From an uncultured Mycoplasmatota bacterium (GTDB lineage Bacteria; Bacillota_I; Bacilli_A; RF39; UBA660): DNA of 64,000 nt. The translations under genes were made by a program, and so were the position numbers. Location of the stretch: assembly GCA_947056845.1 (NCBI GenBank), contig CAMSCJ010000004.1, forward strand, positions 3,148 through 67,147, read 5' to 3'. How positions within the stretch are numbered: position 1 is the stretch's first letter; each line of letters begins with the position of its first letter. The notes below the pieces were generated by a model. The model had not been told where the DNA came from. It did not search any database and was given only the letters and a program-made list of their open reading frames with translations. Positions 1 to 9,698 of the stretch are shown here, one piece after another.

Positions 1-1
1 G

Positions 2-301
2 TTTCCATTATATAAAGAATTAGGTAAAAAAATAGAAGACCTTTTAAAAGTTAAAGATATTTATAGAATTAATATTAATGATGAAGAAATTCAAAAAAAC
101 ATCAAAGATATATTTTATGGTTATGATGAAAGTAATAGTGATAATAAAATTTTAGATAAAGAATATTATGAAAATATTACTGAAAAAGAATATTTTAAAA
201 AATATGATGATAGCCTAGTTATGAATTTTAGTAAATTAAATCATATTTCTATTGCCTTCAAAGACGATTATTGCCTAATTGAATTTCTAGAAAAGATGTA
301 G
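2..301 (+). CDS. 3' end of a hypothetical protein (truncated by window start)
   Basis: Open frame FPLYKELGKKIED...CLIEFLEKM ending in TAG at 299-301. Confidence 0.7.
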   Translation, partial: FPLYKELGKKIEDLLKVKDIYRININDEEIQKNIKDIFYGYDESNSDNKILDKEYYENITEKEYFKKYDDSLVMNFSKLNHISIAFKDDYCLIEFLEKM

Positions 302-378
302 TTTAACATTAAAAAATTGACAGTTATTATAAAAAATGATAATAATAGTATTATAATAAAAAAAGGAGATTTTAAAAT

Positions 379-1680
379 ATGGAAAATAAAGAATTTTTAA
401 ATTTTATCGATGATACACCTAATGCTTATATTTGTGTTAAAAACTTAAAAGAAAAATTATTAGAACTTGGGTTTAAAGAATTACGTGAATATGAAAAATG
501 GAAAGAATTAAGTTCTAAAGGAAAATATTTCGTTTCAAGAAACGATTCATCACTAATTGCTTTTACAATGGCTGAAAATTCCGAAAATGTTGGATTCAAT
601 ATTGTTGCTACACATAGTGATTCTCCAAGTTTTTCAATAAAAACTAATCCTGATATTTATGAAAATGGTTATTTAAAATTAAACGTTGATGAATATGGTG
701 GAATGATTTATTATAGTTGGTTAGATAGACCGTTATCAATTGCTGGTCGTGTGATAACAGAAAAAGATGGTAATTATCAAAGTCAATTTATTAATATTGA
801 TGAGGATTTATTAATAATTCCTAGCCAAGCTATTCATCAAAATAGAGAGGTTAATAAAGAAAATAAATTAGACCCTCAGGTTGATATGTTGCCAATTATG
901 AGTTTAAATAATGATGATTCGCTAGCTAAAATAATAGATAATTATTTAAAAAAATATGGCGAATCATTTGATAAAATATGCGATTATGATTTATATTTAT
1001 ATAATCGTGATCAAGCTAGACTTGTTGGTATAAATCAAGAATTTATTTCTGCTCCAAGATTAGATGATTTAGGTTGTGTTTATCCAGCATTTGATAGTTT
1101 TACAAATTCTTCTTTAAGAAGTAATCATAATATTAATATGTGTTGTATTTTTAATAATGAAGAAATAGGTAGTTTAACTGAGCAAGGTGCTGATTCTGAA
1201 TTTTTAATGGACACTTTAAAAAGAATTGCCGAAGCAAAGAATATCGATTTATTAGTAGCATTACGTAATAGTATGGTTATAAGTGCTGATAATGGTCACG
1301 CTATACATGCAAATGCTCCAGGTAAAAACGATCCAACCAATAAAGTATATTTGAATCAAGGAATTGTTATAAAAAATAATCCGCGATATACGACTGATGC
1401 CTTTACCTCATCTTTATTTAAGGGAATATGCGATAAAGTAAATGCTAAATACCAAATGTTTGCTTGCCGAAATGATTTGCGATGTGGTTCAACTTTAGGT
1501 GGTTTAAGTCAAAGACATGTTTCCGTTGATTCTATCGATATTGGGTTACCACAACTAGCAATGCATTCAGCAAATGAGACAATGGGTTCTAAAGATATTC
1601 AATATTTATATGATGCTTTACTAGAATTTTACAGTAGTTATTTTGTTAGAGAAAACAATAAAGTTTATATAAAAAAATAG
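379..1680 (+). CDS. M18 family (aspartyl) aminopeptidase
   Basis: Motifs ATHSDSP, YGG..SWLDRPLSIAGRV, RLDDL, NEEIGS, CGSTLG, DIGLPQLAMHS; AGGAG RBS. Confidence 0.93.
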   Translation: MENKEFLNFIDDTPNAYICVKNLKEKLLELGFKELREYEKWKELSSKGKYFVSRNDSSLIAFTMAENSENVGFNIVATHSDSPSFSIKTNPDIYENGYLKLNVDEYGGMIYYSWLDRPLSIAGRVITEKDGNYQSQFINIDEDLLIIPSQAIHQNREVNKENKLDPQVDMLPIMSLNNDDSLAKIIDNYLKKYGESFDKICDYDLYLYNRDQARLVGINQEFISAPRLDDLGCVYPAFDSFTNSSLRSNHNINMCCIFNNEEIGSLTEQGADSEFLMDTLKRIAEAKNIDLLVALRNSMVISADNGHAIHANAPGKNDPTNKVYLNQGIVIKNNPRYTTDAFTSSLFKGICDKVNAKYQMFACRNDLRCGSTLGGLSQRHVSVDSIDIGLPQLAMHSANETMGSKDIQYLYDALLEFYSSYFVRENNKVYIKK

Positions 1681-1706
1681 ATAAATTTTGAAAATTAAGG
1701 TATTAA

Positions 1707-2195
1707 ATGAATTATAAAATTGAAATAGCAAAACAAAAAGATTTATACTATATTCATAAGCTAATCTTTGATAGATGTTTATGGTTTAGAGACAATAAGA
1801 TTAAAGGTTGGGATATAGACGATTATCCTGATACATATAATATTGATTATTTCAAAAAAGAAATGCAAACTAATAAACTATACATTTTAAAAATAGATAA
1901 TGAAATATGCGGATGTATGCTATTAAAAGAATTAGATAGTAAATATTGGCTAGATAATAGAAAAGCTTATTATATTCATCATTTAACAACATCTATTAAT
2001 AAAAAAGGAATTGGGAAAATATTGATAAATTTTGCTATCGAACAATGTAAAAAAGATGATAAAGAAATTTTAAGGCTAGATTGTTATCAAACTAGTGCAT
2101 TCCTTAATGATTATTATAGCAAAATAGGATTCACAAAGGTTGGTAGTGGCATAAAAGGCGATTATGAGTATAATTTATATGAAATGAAAATATAG
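1707..2195 (+). CDS. GNAT family N-acetyltransferase
   Basis: KKGIGKILINFA acetyl-CoA motif, LRLDC, YYSKIGF. Confidence 0.88.
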   Translation: MNYKIEIAKQKDLYYIHKLIFDRCLWFRDNKIKGWDIDDYPDTYNIDYFKKEMQTNKLYILKIDNEICGCMLLKELDSKYWLDNRKAYYIHHLTTSINKKGIGKILINFAIEQCKKDDKEILRLDCYQTSAFLNDYYSKIGFTKVGSGIKGDYEYNLYEMKI

Positions 2196-2256
2196 TTTAA
2201 TTAAAATATATAATAAAACAAAACGCATTAATAATTATAAAATCACCATATTAATA

Positions 2257-3204
2257 ATGGTGGTTTTTATGTTAATTAGATTAGGTTATGTCTCAATAAG
2301 TAAAACGTTAGAAGATATCGTTAATTTTCACAATATAACATATACAGAATTTACTAAAAATAATAATTTAGACAAATTAGATAATGTTATTAAAGAAAAT
2401 TTTAATACTTTAGCTAATATTTTAAAATATAATCAAAAAAATAATATTCATTTTTATCGTTTAACCTCTAAATTTATTCCTTTAGCAACTCATAAAGATT
2501 TAAAGATTGAATATAAAAAAAAATATAAAGACTTATATAATGAAGTATCAACTTTAATTAAAGATATTCGTATTGATACACATCCTGATCAATTTACTGT
2601 TTTAAATAGTACTAAAAAAGACGTATTAGATAATACCTTTCGTATATTAGAATATCATTACAAAATCTTAACTTCTTTAAAAATTAAAAATCCTATTATC
2701 ATTTTACATATTGGTAGTAGTGTGTTTGGTAAAGAAAAATCGATTCAAAGATTTATTCACAATTTTAAATTACTACCTGATTATTTAAAAAAAGCTATTG
2801 CCTTAGAAAACGATGATAAAATTTATAATTTAAAAGATGTTTTAAATATTTGTAAAACTCTAGAAGTCCCATTTGTTTTTGACTATCATCATTATCGATG
2901 TAATAATGATGGAGAAAACTATTTAGACTATATGGAACAAATATTAGCAACTTGGAAAAACATTAAACCAAAAATACATTTTTCTTCTCCTAAAAATAAC
3001 ACAAAAAAAGACTTTAGAAGTCATAGTGATTATATCAACCCAGATGATTTTATTTCCTTTTTAGAACAAATTAAAAAGTTTAATACTGATATTGATATTA
3101 TGCTAGAGGCTAAAGCCAAAGATGAGGCTATTTTTAGATTAATGCGCCAATTAAAATTTAAGACAAATTATAAGTTTATTGATGATACATCCTTTATTAT
3201 TTAA
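2257..3204 (+). CDS. uvsE: UV DNA damage repair endonuclease
   Basis: IRLGY, IHFYRLTS, HPDQFTVLNS, LENDDK, FDYHH, HSDYI, MLEAKAKD; true start may be ATG 2269. Confidence 0.92.
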   Translation: MVVFMLIRLGYVSISKTLEDIVNFHNITYTEFTKNNNLDKLDNVIKENFNTLANILKYNQKNNIHFYRLTSKFIPLATHKDLKIEYKKKYKDLYNEVSTLIKDIRIDTHPDQFTVLNSTKKDVLDNTFRILEYHYKILTSLKIKNPIIILHIGSSVFGKEKSIQRFIHNFKLLPDYLKKAIALENDDKIYNLKDVLNICKTLEVPFVFDYHHYRCNNDGENYLDYMEQILATWKNIKPKIHFSSPKNNTKKDFRSHSDYINPDDFISFLEQIKKFNTDIDIMLEAKAKDEAIFRLMRQLKFKTNYKFIDDTSFII

Positions 3205-3679
3205 GATTTAAATAATAAAGGATTTTTTTATATTCTTCTAATTTTTCATCATATTTCATTTTAGAAAATAGGGGAGAAGTAGATGGTAAATAAATAGGTT
3301 TAATACCTGTTTTTTTCTCTAAATATTTTATATATAAATTAGTAGCTTTTTTACCAGTTGTAAAAATATATTTAATGTGTGTCTTATCAATTATTGATTT
3401 AATATCATTAACTTTAACATTTTTTATCGTTTGATCAGAAGAACCTTTTATATCACAACTTTTAATAACATCAAATAACGCAATATGATGATTCAACAAA
3501 AATTCTTCTTTATTATTTATAGTCTCTTTAAATAAATCACTCATAATAGGCCAAAACTGATTTTGGGAATGAGCATAGTAAAAATTATTTTCACGAGATT
3601 TAACACTAGGAAAAGAACCTAAAATTAATATTTTAGATTCTTTGTTATATATAGGTTTTAATGGATGAACTATTTTCAT
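3197..3679 (-). CDS. Uracil-DNA glycosylase superfamily, DNA-deoxyinosine (hypoxanthine) glycosylase type
   Basis: LILGSFPSVKSR, YYAH.QNQFW, LPSTSP. Confidence 0.88.
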   Translation of the reverse strand: MKIVHPLKPIYNKESKILILGSFPSVKSRENNFYYAHSQNQFWPIMSDLFKETINNKEEFLLNHHIALFDVIKSCDIKGSSDQTIKNVKVNDIKSIIDKTHIKYIFTTGKKATNLYIKYLEKKTGIKPIYLPSTSPLFSKMKYDEKLEEYKKILYYLNLK

Positions 3680-3727
3680 ATTATCACTTTCTTTAATTTT
3701 TATAGTCTTTAAACTATATTTTAATAA

Positions 3728-4177
3728 TTATAATTCTAAAGGAAGATAGCAGGTTTCAATTTTTGCCTCTTCTAAGATTTTAAAAGCTTCTTCATCAGGA
3801 TATTTATTAGCGTATACTATTCTTTTAATACCAGCATTTATGATAAGTTTTGAACAAATCATACATGGTGATTTAGTAACATAAAGTGTGCTACTATTTA
3901 AATCTTCCTTATTAAATAAAGCATTCAAAATGGCATTTTGTTCAGCATGAACTACTTTACATAATTCTTGCCTTTCACCTGATTTTAAATTTAATAATCT
4001 TCTAATACAAGTTTTTTCGGTACAAGGTTTAGTTCCATTAGGTACTGAATTGTTTCCTTTACCTAATATTTTATTATCCTTGACAATTATGGCTCCAACT
4101 TGTCCTTTGATACAGTTTGCCCCCTTAGATTCTTCTAAGGCAATAAGCATATATTTTTTATCTATTTCATTAATCAT
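3728..4177 (-). CDS. dCMP deaminase (ComEB-like)
   Basis: HAEQNA and PCMIC zinc motifs, QVGAIIV. Confidence 0.9.
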   Translation of the reverse strand: MINEIDKKYMLIALEESKGANCIKGQVGAIIVKDNKILGKGNNSVPNGTKPCTEKTCIRRLLNLKSGERQELCKVVHAEQNAILNALFNKEDLNSSTLYVTKSPCMICSKLIINAGIKRIVYANKYPDEEAFKILEEAKIETCYLPLEL

Positions 4178-4202
4178 AAATCACCAACTTTAAAAGCGTT
4201 CT

Positions 4203-5135
4203 TTAAATATTATTTATATAAATTAATCTTTTTGTTTTGCTCTCGGTTTCTTTGATATTTGTTAATATTATTGTATCCATTTGCATAGGGCATAGATGAT
4301 TAAGTGGATGGAGAAGGGTAGGTGCGCAATCTTGTATTTTGACAATTCCACCACTTATTAGCATCTTTGTACCACTAGATAACTGCCTATATCCACGTAC
4401 ATTATTTGGAAATAAGGCTTTTTTAGGACTGATAATTCCTCTTTTCCAATTTCCTATACCAAAAGGCGTAAGACCATCATGATCATGACCACCAATTAAT
4501 AAATCATATTCTCTTAATAATTCAACATTTTTTTCTTCATTTGCATATTCAGGAGAGTGGATTAAGCCTATTTTTGGTATATTATTTGGTAAATTTTTAT
4601 ATAGTGCTTCTTTTTGACCAAATTCTTTATAAAAAGCCTCCAAATCTTCCTGATGTTCTTTTTTCTTTGCATAATAATATTTTAAAGATTGTAAATAACC
4701 CATAAAGAAAATTTTAGAATCGATATAAGTAGTATCATTTAATAAATAAAGATTATTAATTTCTTGTACTTGATTAAAAAAATCAGTTTTATAATCAAAA
4801 TATTCTAATTCCTTTTCTTCTGTCACATAATCATGGCTACCTAAAATAACCATTGTCGGAGCTATTTGAGCTGTAGTTTTTAATAATTGTAATAGCTCTT
4901 TACATTTTTCAGGTTTCATTAACTCGGCTGGTGAATCAACCAAATCTCCTAAAAAAGCATAATAATCAGATTTTTCTTTTTCTAACTGCTTCATAATGGG
5001 ATTTAATTTTTTTAATCCCATTATTTTACTAATATGTAAATCGCCTAGTGCTGTAATTTTAATATTAGAAATAACATGTGGATTATAAATAACTAAATCG
5101 TTAATTTGTAAATAATTATCCATAAACAATCGCAT
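4203..5135 (-). CDS. Calcineurin-like metallophosphoesterase
   Basis: GDLH, GDLVD, GSHD, HSP, GHDH. Confidence 0.88.
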   Translation of the reverse strand: MRLFMDNYLQINDLVIYNPHVISNIKITALGDLHISKIMGLKKLNPIMKQLEKEKSDYYAFLGDLVDSPAELMKPEKCKELLQLLKTTAQIAPTMVILGSHDYVTEEKELEYFDYKTDFFNQVQEINNLYLLNDTTYIDSKIFFMGYLQSLKYYYAKKKEHQEDLEAFYKEFGQKEALYKNLPNNIPKIGLIHSPEYANEEKNVELLREYDLLIGGHDHDGLTPFGIGNWKRGIISPKKALFPNNVRGYRQLSSGTKMLISGGIVKIQDCAPTLLHPLNHLCPMQMDTIILTNIKETESKTKRLIYINNI

Positions 5136-5231
5136 ACAATCCCTCCAATTTATTTGAATATTATAAATATAGTAAAAGAAAAAGTCAACAGTTGCCTTCT
5201 TTATTATTATAATTTTTTATAACTAATAACA

Positions 5232-6026
5232 TTAATTTATATTGGACATTTTTTCTTTTATCTTTTTTATCTCATCTTCTGTAAACACAAGGATATTTTT
5301 AGTACGATTATAACAATTAATAATAAAGTTTTTATCTTTTGTATTTATTGCTTTATCTATTAATTCATCCATATTTAAATCATCTTGAACTGCATATATA
5401 AGTTCAGATAAATAATAATCATCTCTTTTTTCAATAAAATAATTTTCTATCAAGCTAAAATCTTTTTTCTTTCCGTTATAATTAAAAGCCAATCTCCACA
5501 ACGCTTCTCTTTTATCTTTCTTTATACCAACATTTACTAAATTATCAAATGTTTCTTGGTCTATATTTGGTGTTATTGGAGCAGAAATATATTGAGTTAT
5601 AAATTCTAGTAGTTCTAAATCATTCATTTTTTTACAATATTTAATATATACTGGGTTATTTGTTAAAAGGTTATATAACTGTTCATATCTTGGACCACTA
5701 TCTCTTATTTCATCTTTATCTTTTACTAAACTATCATATTTATTTTTTGCAAACTCCTTTGCTTCTTTACTGCTTTTTTCACTGGTAAATGTTTTTTCTA
5801 GTGATTCTAAAATATAATTAAGAGAAGTTATTCTTCTTGTTTCAATTTGATCGATTTCTATAGGTACGTACTTTATGATTTCCTTAATTTCTTCTATAAG
5901 TTTTTCAATTTCTTTAATCTCATTTTCTAAAAATTTAGTTTTATCTATATTCTGTAATAAATCCATTAATTCACCGCTACTCACAAATCGATTCACATAA
6001 CGATAAATAATATTTACTAACTCCAT
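5232..6026 (-). CDS. Hypothetical helical protein
   Basis: 264-aa ORF with AAGGAG RBS; no recognised motif. Confidence 0.7.
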   Translation of the reverse strand: MELVNIIYRYVNRFVSSGELMDLLQNIDKTKFLENEIKEIEKLIEEIKEIIKYVPIEIDQIETRRITSLNYILESLEKTFTSEKSSKEAKEFAKNKYDSLVKDKDEIRDSGPRYEQLYNLLTNNPVYIKYCKKMNDLELLEFITQYISAPITPNIDQETFDNLVNVGIKKDKREALWRLAFNYNGKKKDFSLIENYFIEKRDDYYLSELIYAVQDDLNMDELIDKAINTKDKNFIINCYNRTKNILVFTEDEIKKIKEKMSNIN

Positions 6027-6342
6027 ATTAATTCTCCTTATTAATAATATTATAAAAAATTTTTAATTTAAAACCCTAGCTAATTGAATTTTTAAAAAGT
6101 TAGGGTTTGATATTCATCTGGCACAGGTAAGAAAGTTGTTTCAAACTTTTTTCGCTAAAGTAAGTAATCAATACAATATTTGTATCAATTTCTAATATTA
6201 CTTTATCAATTATTATGTTTTTAGCACACTCTATTAAACTTTTTGACGTTCTTTAATCTGTCGTACCACTAGCATTATTCTTTGCCATATTTTCAAAACT
6301 TTACTTAATAATTATTTTATAGTATAATACCTTATAATTTAT

Positions 6343-6927
6343 GTGGAGGGACTTATGACAAATGCTGAGTTGATGGAAATAATCAGTTATATTGAAGAAA
6401 AAGATATTGATATTCAAAATAGCTGGTTTTTTCATGCCACATCTCCTGATATTGAAACAATCGAACAGATTTTAAGAGAGGGTATTAAAAGTTCTTATTT
6501 AAGAAAAGAAAAAAGTAATGGTGGATATAATGGCAAATATTATGTAAGTGTAAGTAAAATTTTAAAAAATCCCGAGTATTCTGTATATAAATTATTTGAA
6601 CATTTACCAATTCTTGTTTTAGATAATATTAAACCTCTTCCCGCTAAAAAACATTTATTTGATGCATCATGTTTTATGAATAGTATAATTCCAATTAGAT
6701 ATAGTGTTTATGAAGGTGAATATCATAGTTTTTTAAAAATAGAACCTTCTAAAATTGTGGCATTAGCATATAATTTATCTTTTCAAAATTTAAGTGTAGA
6801 AAGATTGCAATTTTTAAAACACTTAGTTTTATGCATAGAAAAAAACGATTTAGACTTACCAATTTATGATCTTTCATCAAAAAAAGAAGTAAATAAAGAA
6901 AAAGTTCATTTGTTAAGATTGTACTAA
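6343..6927 (+). CDS. Putative ADP-ribosyltransferase-fold protein (likely start ATG 6355)
   Basis: FFHATS...ILREGI, YVSVS, EGE and IEPSKI spaced like ART core strands; GGAGG precedes ATG 6355. Confidence 0.55.
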   Translation: MEGLMTNAELMEIISYIEEKDIDIQNSWFFHATSPDIETIEQILREGIKSSYLRKEKSNGGYNGKYYVSVSKILKNPEYSVYKLFEHLPILVLDNIKPLPAKKHLFDASCFMNSIIPIRYSVYEGEYHSFLKIEPSKIVALAYNLSFQNLSVERLQFLKHLVLCIEKNDLDLPIYDLSSKKEVNKEKVHLLRLY

Positions 6928-7001
6928 AATTATATAATTTTTATTATAAGATACATATTGATTATGTCAATGTACAAGTGTGTTTACTAAATTGGCAAAA
7001 T

Positions 7002-7037
7002 AAAACTATTTTCAATTTAATTTTTGAAGGTAGTTTT
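7002..7037. terminator. Bidirectional intrinsic terminator between ART-like gene and tRNA-Thr
   Basis: Inverted repeat AAAACTATTTTCAA / TTGAAGGTAGTTTT with A/T tails. Confidence 0.6.
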
Positions 7038-7073
7038 TATATTATCCCGAAAAGTTCGAGTATCAATCAAATC

Positions 7074-7149
7074 TGGTGCTGAAAACAGGATTTGAACCTG
7101 CAACCCACTGATTACGAGACAGTTGCTCTACCGTTGGAGCTATTTCAGC
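7074..7149 (-). tRNA. tRNA-Thr (anticodon CGT)
   Basis: Cloverleaf GCTGAAA...TTTCAGC-A-CCA, D arm GCTC/GAGC, loop CT-CGT-AA, T loop TTCAAAT. Confidence 0.93.
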
Positions 7150-7256
7150 AAAAAAATCATTTAACAAATACATTATATAACTTTTTGTAATTTTTGTATA
7201 GATGTTATTTAAAATAGTAGGGGAGAAATACAAAAAAATAAGATAAACAAGTTATC

Positions 7257-7916
7257 TTATTTTAATCCCATTACATAATCATCAATATCGTCCCAATCAT
7301 CTTGTGATATACCATATAGTCCATCTTCATTGAATTGGATTTCGACGATTTTACTAACAGTATCCTTATAATTCATATTTTCAACGTATGGATTTAATAT
7401 TTCTAGAACTTTATTAGCATATTCTTCTTTTGCTTCTAATATTTCATTATCAGACATTGTTTTTAAATCAGGATACTTGTTTGTAAATTCCTTAATATAT
7501 TCATCTACATCATCGTATGTAGCTTTCCATAAATCAATAGGTGTAATTTCTACTTTAACTTGATATACTCCATCAACTTTTCTTCCATCATTGACTGTGT
7601 ATTTAGATTTTTCTAAAGCTTTTTTAGCTAAGTCTATATACTTATTAATAGTATCTTCGCTAATATCATCATAAGGTACACTATTATATTCCATAATTGA
7701 ATAAGCCAAATATTCAATTGTGTTTTCATATAATTCTTCAGCTTCAGATTTAGTTGTTTTAGCTACAACTAAGTATGTTTCACTTTTGCCTAAATAACTG
7801 GCATCCATAGCTGCTTTAATATAATCCTTGTATTCAGTAGATTTTTCATCCTTAAGACATCCTGTAAGTAAAAATGTAATGGCACAAATAATGGTAAAAC
7901 TAATAACTTTTTTCAT
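7257..7916 (-). CDS. Lipoprotein, separated from its RBS/promoter by the integrated element
   Basis: Signal peptide with lipobox LLTGC; no SD upstream of ATG in place; the matching SD lies at 16355-16363. Confidence 0.85.
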   Translation of the reverse strand: MKKVISFTIICAITFLLTGCLKDEKSTEYKDYIKAAMDASYLGKSETYLVVAKTTKSEAEELYENTIEYLAYSIMEYNSVPYDDISEDTINKYIDLAKKALEKSKYTVNDGRKVDGVYQVKVEITPIDLWKATYDDVDEYIKEFTNKYPDLKTMSDNEILEAKEEYANKVLEILNPYVENMNYKDTVSKIVEIQFNEDGLYGISQDDWDDIDDYVMGLK

Positions 7917-7978
7917 AAAAAGTTTAGTTTTTGATTAAAAGCCTTTATTTTAAGGCGTATATATAAGAAAATAAAGTT

Positions 7979-8008
7979 ATTTTACTACTAATTTACTACT
8001 TTAGAAAG
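7979..8008. repeat. Left integrase arm-type binding repeats (Tn916 DR2-like)
   Basis: ATTTTACTACTAATTTACTACTTTAGAAAG; reverse strand gives tandem AGTAGTAAA(TT); matches 16182-16211 at 28/30. Confidence 0.85.
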
Positions 8009-8080
8009 AGTTTTGAAAAAGAGTCTTGATATGTTAAATTAAAAAAGCAATTAGTTAATATTCTAATTGTTTTTTATTTA

Positions 8081-8350
8081 CTAAAAATTTCGGTCTACAA
8101 AAAATTCTCTAATATCCACTTCTAAAACTCTAGATATACGATATAGTACGGCGATACTAAATGATTGTTGAACTTTAGTAGACTCTATATTACTTATTAA
8201 ACTATGACTTAAATCCGTTTTTTCTGCTAGTTTTTCCTGTGTCATTTTTCCGTAGGAACTATATTTACTATTGTTGTGTAATCTAAAATACTTTATATTC
8301 TTACTTACTAATTCATAAATAAACCTATCGTCTTCAGGACTAAAATTCAT
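8081..8350 (-). CDS. XRE-family helix-turn-helix regulator
   Basis: MTQEKLAEKTDLSHSLISNIE...LYRISRVLEV. Confidence 0.9.
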   Translation of the reverse strand: MNFSPEDDRFIYELVSKNIKYFRLHNNSKYSSYGKMTQEKLAEKTDLSHSLISNIESTKVQQSFSIAVLYRISRVLEVDIREFFVDRNF

Positions 8351-8404
8351 TTTATCACCACCTATATATATTTTCTCATTTATAGTAGAACATTATAATA
8401 TGCT

Positions 8405-8429
8405 TATAATAGAATAAACTTCTATTATA
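8405..8429. promoter_or_regulatory. Putative operator between divergent XRE gene and cargo operon
   Basis: Perfect 10-bp inverted repeat TATAATAGAA-taaac-TTCTATTATA; related half-site TATAGTAGAA at 8381. Confidence 0.55.
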
Positions 8430-8502
8430 GGTGGCTTTTTATAAAATTTTATGCTATACTAATATTGAACTGATGGAGTTTAGAAAGTGTGAGGAGTGAG
8501 AA

Positions 8503-9051
8503 ATGAAAAAGATTAGTTATTTAAGTCTAATTATCGTAATGCTTATAGCATTAACGGGGTGTGGAGATAAAAAAGAAGAAAAACAAGAAGAACAATCTAC
8601 ACAAAGTTGTGAAGAACGATTATTGAATGAAGATTATTCGTGCTTTATTGGAACATATACATCTAATGATACAAATTATAAAACTATAACTATTGATAAA
8701 GATGGAGTAAATATTGATTACAATAGAATGAGTGATGGGCAAAAAGATGGCAGAGCAAAATTAGAAGATATTAAAGAAGAAAACGGAATATATATTTTAA
8801 AATATGATATTGGTTATTTTAAGGGACAACAAAGTTCTAATTTTAGGATAGTACCTATTGGAATCGATTATGAAACAAAAAATGATTGGTGCGAAAAATG
8901 TGAGTCTAATGAAGATAATTGTAGATATGAAAAACCAACAGAGGACTACGATTATGTTTTAGGTACTTGTTACTATACTACTGATAAGGAAAAAGTCCGA
9001 ATTATTGCAAGTGGTGGTCTTGGTGGGTCAATTATATACTATAAAGATTAA
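8503..9051 (+). CDS. Lipoprotein (element cargo)
   Basis: MKK + hydrophobic stretch + LTGC lipobox; GAGGAG RBS; Cys-rich. Confidence 0.85.
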   Translation: MKKISYLSLIIVMLIALTGCGDKKEEKQEEQSTQSCEERLLNEDYSCFIGTYTSNDTNYKTITIDKDGVNIDYNRMSDGQKDGRAKLEDIKEENGIYILKYDIGYFKGQQSSNFRIVPIGIDYETKNDWCEKCESNEDNCRYEKPTEDYDYVLGTCYYTTDKEKVRIIASGGLGGSIIYYKD

Positions 9052-9073
9052 TTAAAGGAAAGAGGTAAAAAAA

Positions 9074-9682
9074 ATGAATAATTTAGTAGAAAGAGGAAAA
9101 GAAATTATAAAAAAAATTAAAGACCAAGTTATAAAAATAGGTGTTAAAAAAGTTGCTATTGGTGTTGCAATTGTTATAGTTGGAATAATTGGAATTGCTT
9201 TATTAAGTGGTGGGAGTAGCGATAAAGTGGTTTTAGCAAATGTAGTACACCCTACATCAACAGACTATCCCTATTATACATTTAATGAAGTGAAAAATTA
9301 TAATAAGGTAAATGTTAGTGGAATTAAATTAAAACATAAAGAAAATAAAGTAAATAATAATAAAACACTTGCAGGAGATGTTGAATATGAATTTACTATA
9401 AAAAATACTTCTAAAGAAACACTTGATAATATTGGTTATACTTTCTTTGTTTTGGATACAAATGGAAGACCATTTGCTATAAGAAATAAAGACACAATAA
9501 CTTTAAAGTCAGGAGAAAAAAAGAAAATAAAAGTATCTAGCATATGGTGTGATAATAATTGTGATAAACAAACTACTCAAGTAATTTTTATGGATAATTA
9601 TGACAAAGACTATTCCATTTTAAATGTTTATCAGTTAATTAGTACAAATTCAGATTATACAATTAACACAAAGGAATTATAG
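9074..9682 (+). CDS. Membrane-anchored protein with Ig-like (FxLYD-type) domain (cargo)
   Basis: Single N-terminal TM segment; IKNTSKETL...FFVLDTNG...LKSGEKK pattern. Confidence 0.65.
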   Translation: MNNLVERGKEIIKKIKDQVIKIGVKKVAIGVAIVIVGIIGIALLSGGSSDKVVLANVVHPTSTDYPYYTFNEVKNYNKVNVSGIKLKHKENKVNNNKTLAGDVEYEFTIKNTSKETLDNIGYTFFVLDTNGRPFAIRNKDTITLKSGEKKKIKVSSIWCDNNCDKQTTQVIFMDNYDKDYSILNVYQLISTNSDYTINTKEL

Positions 9683-9698
9683 GAAAGGAAAATATAAA

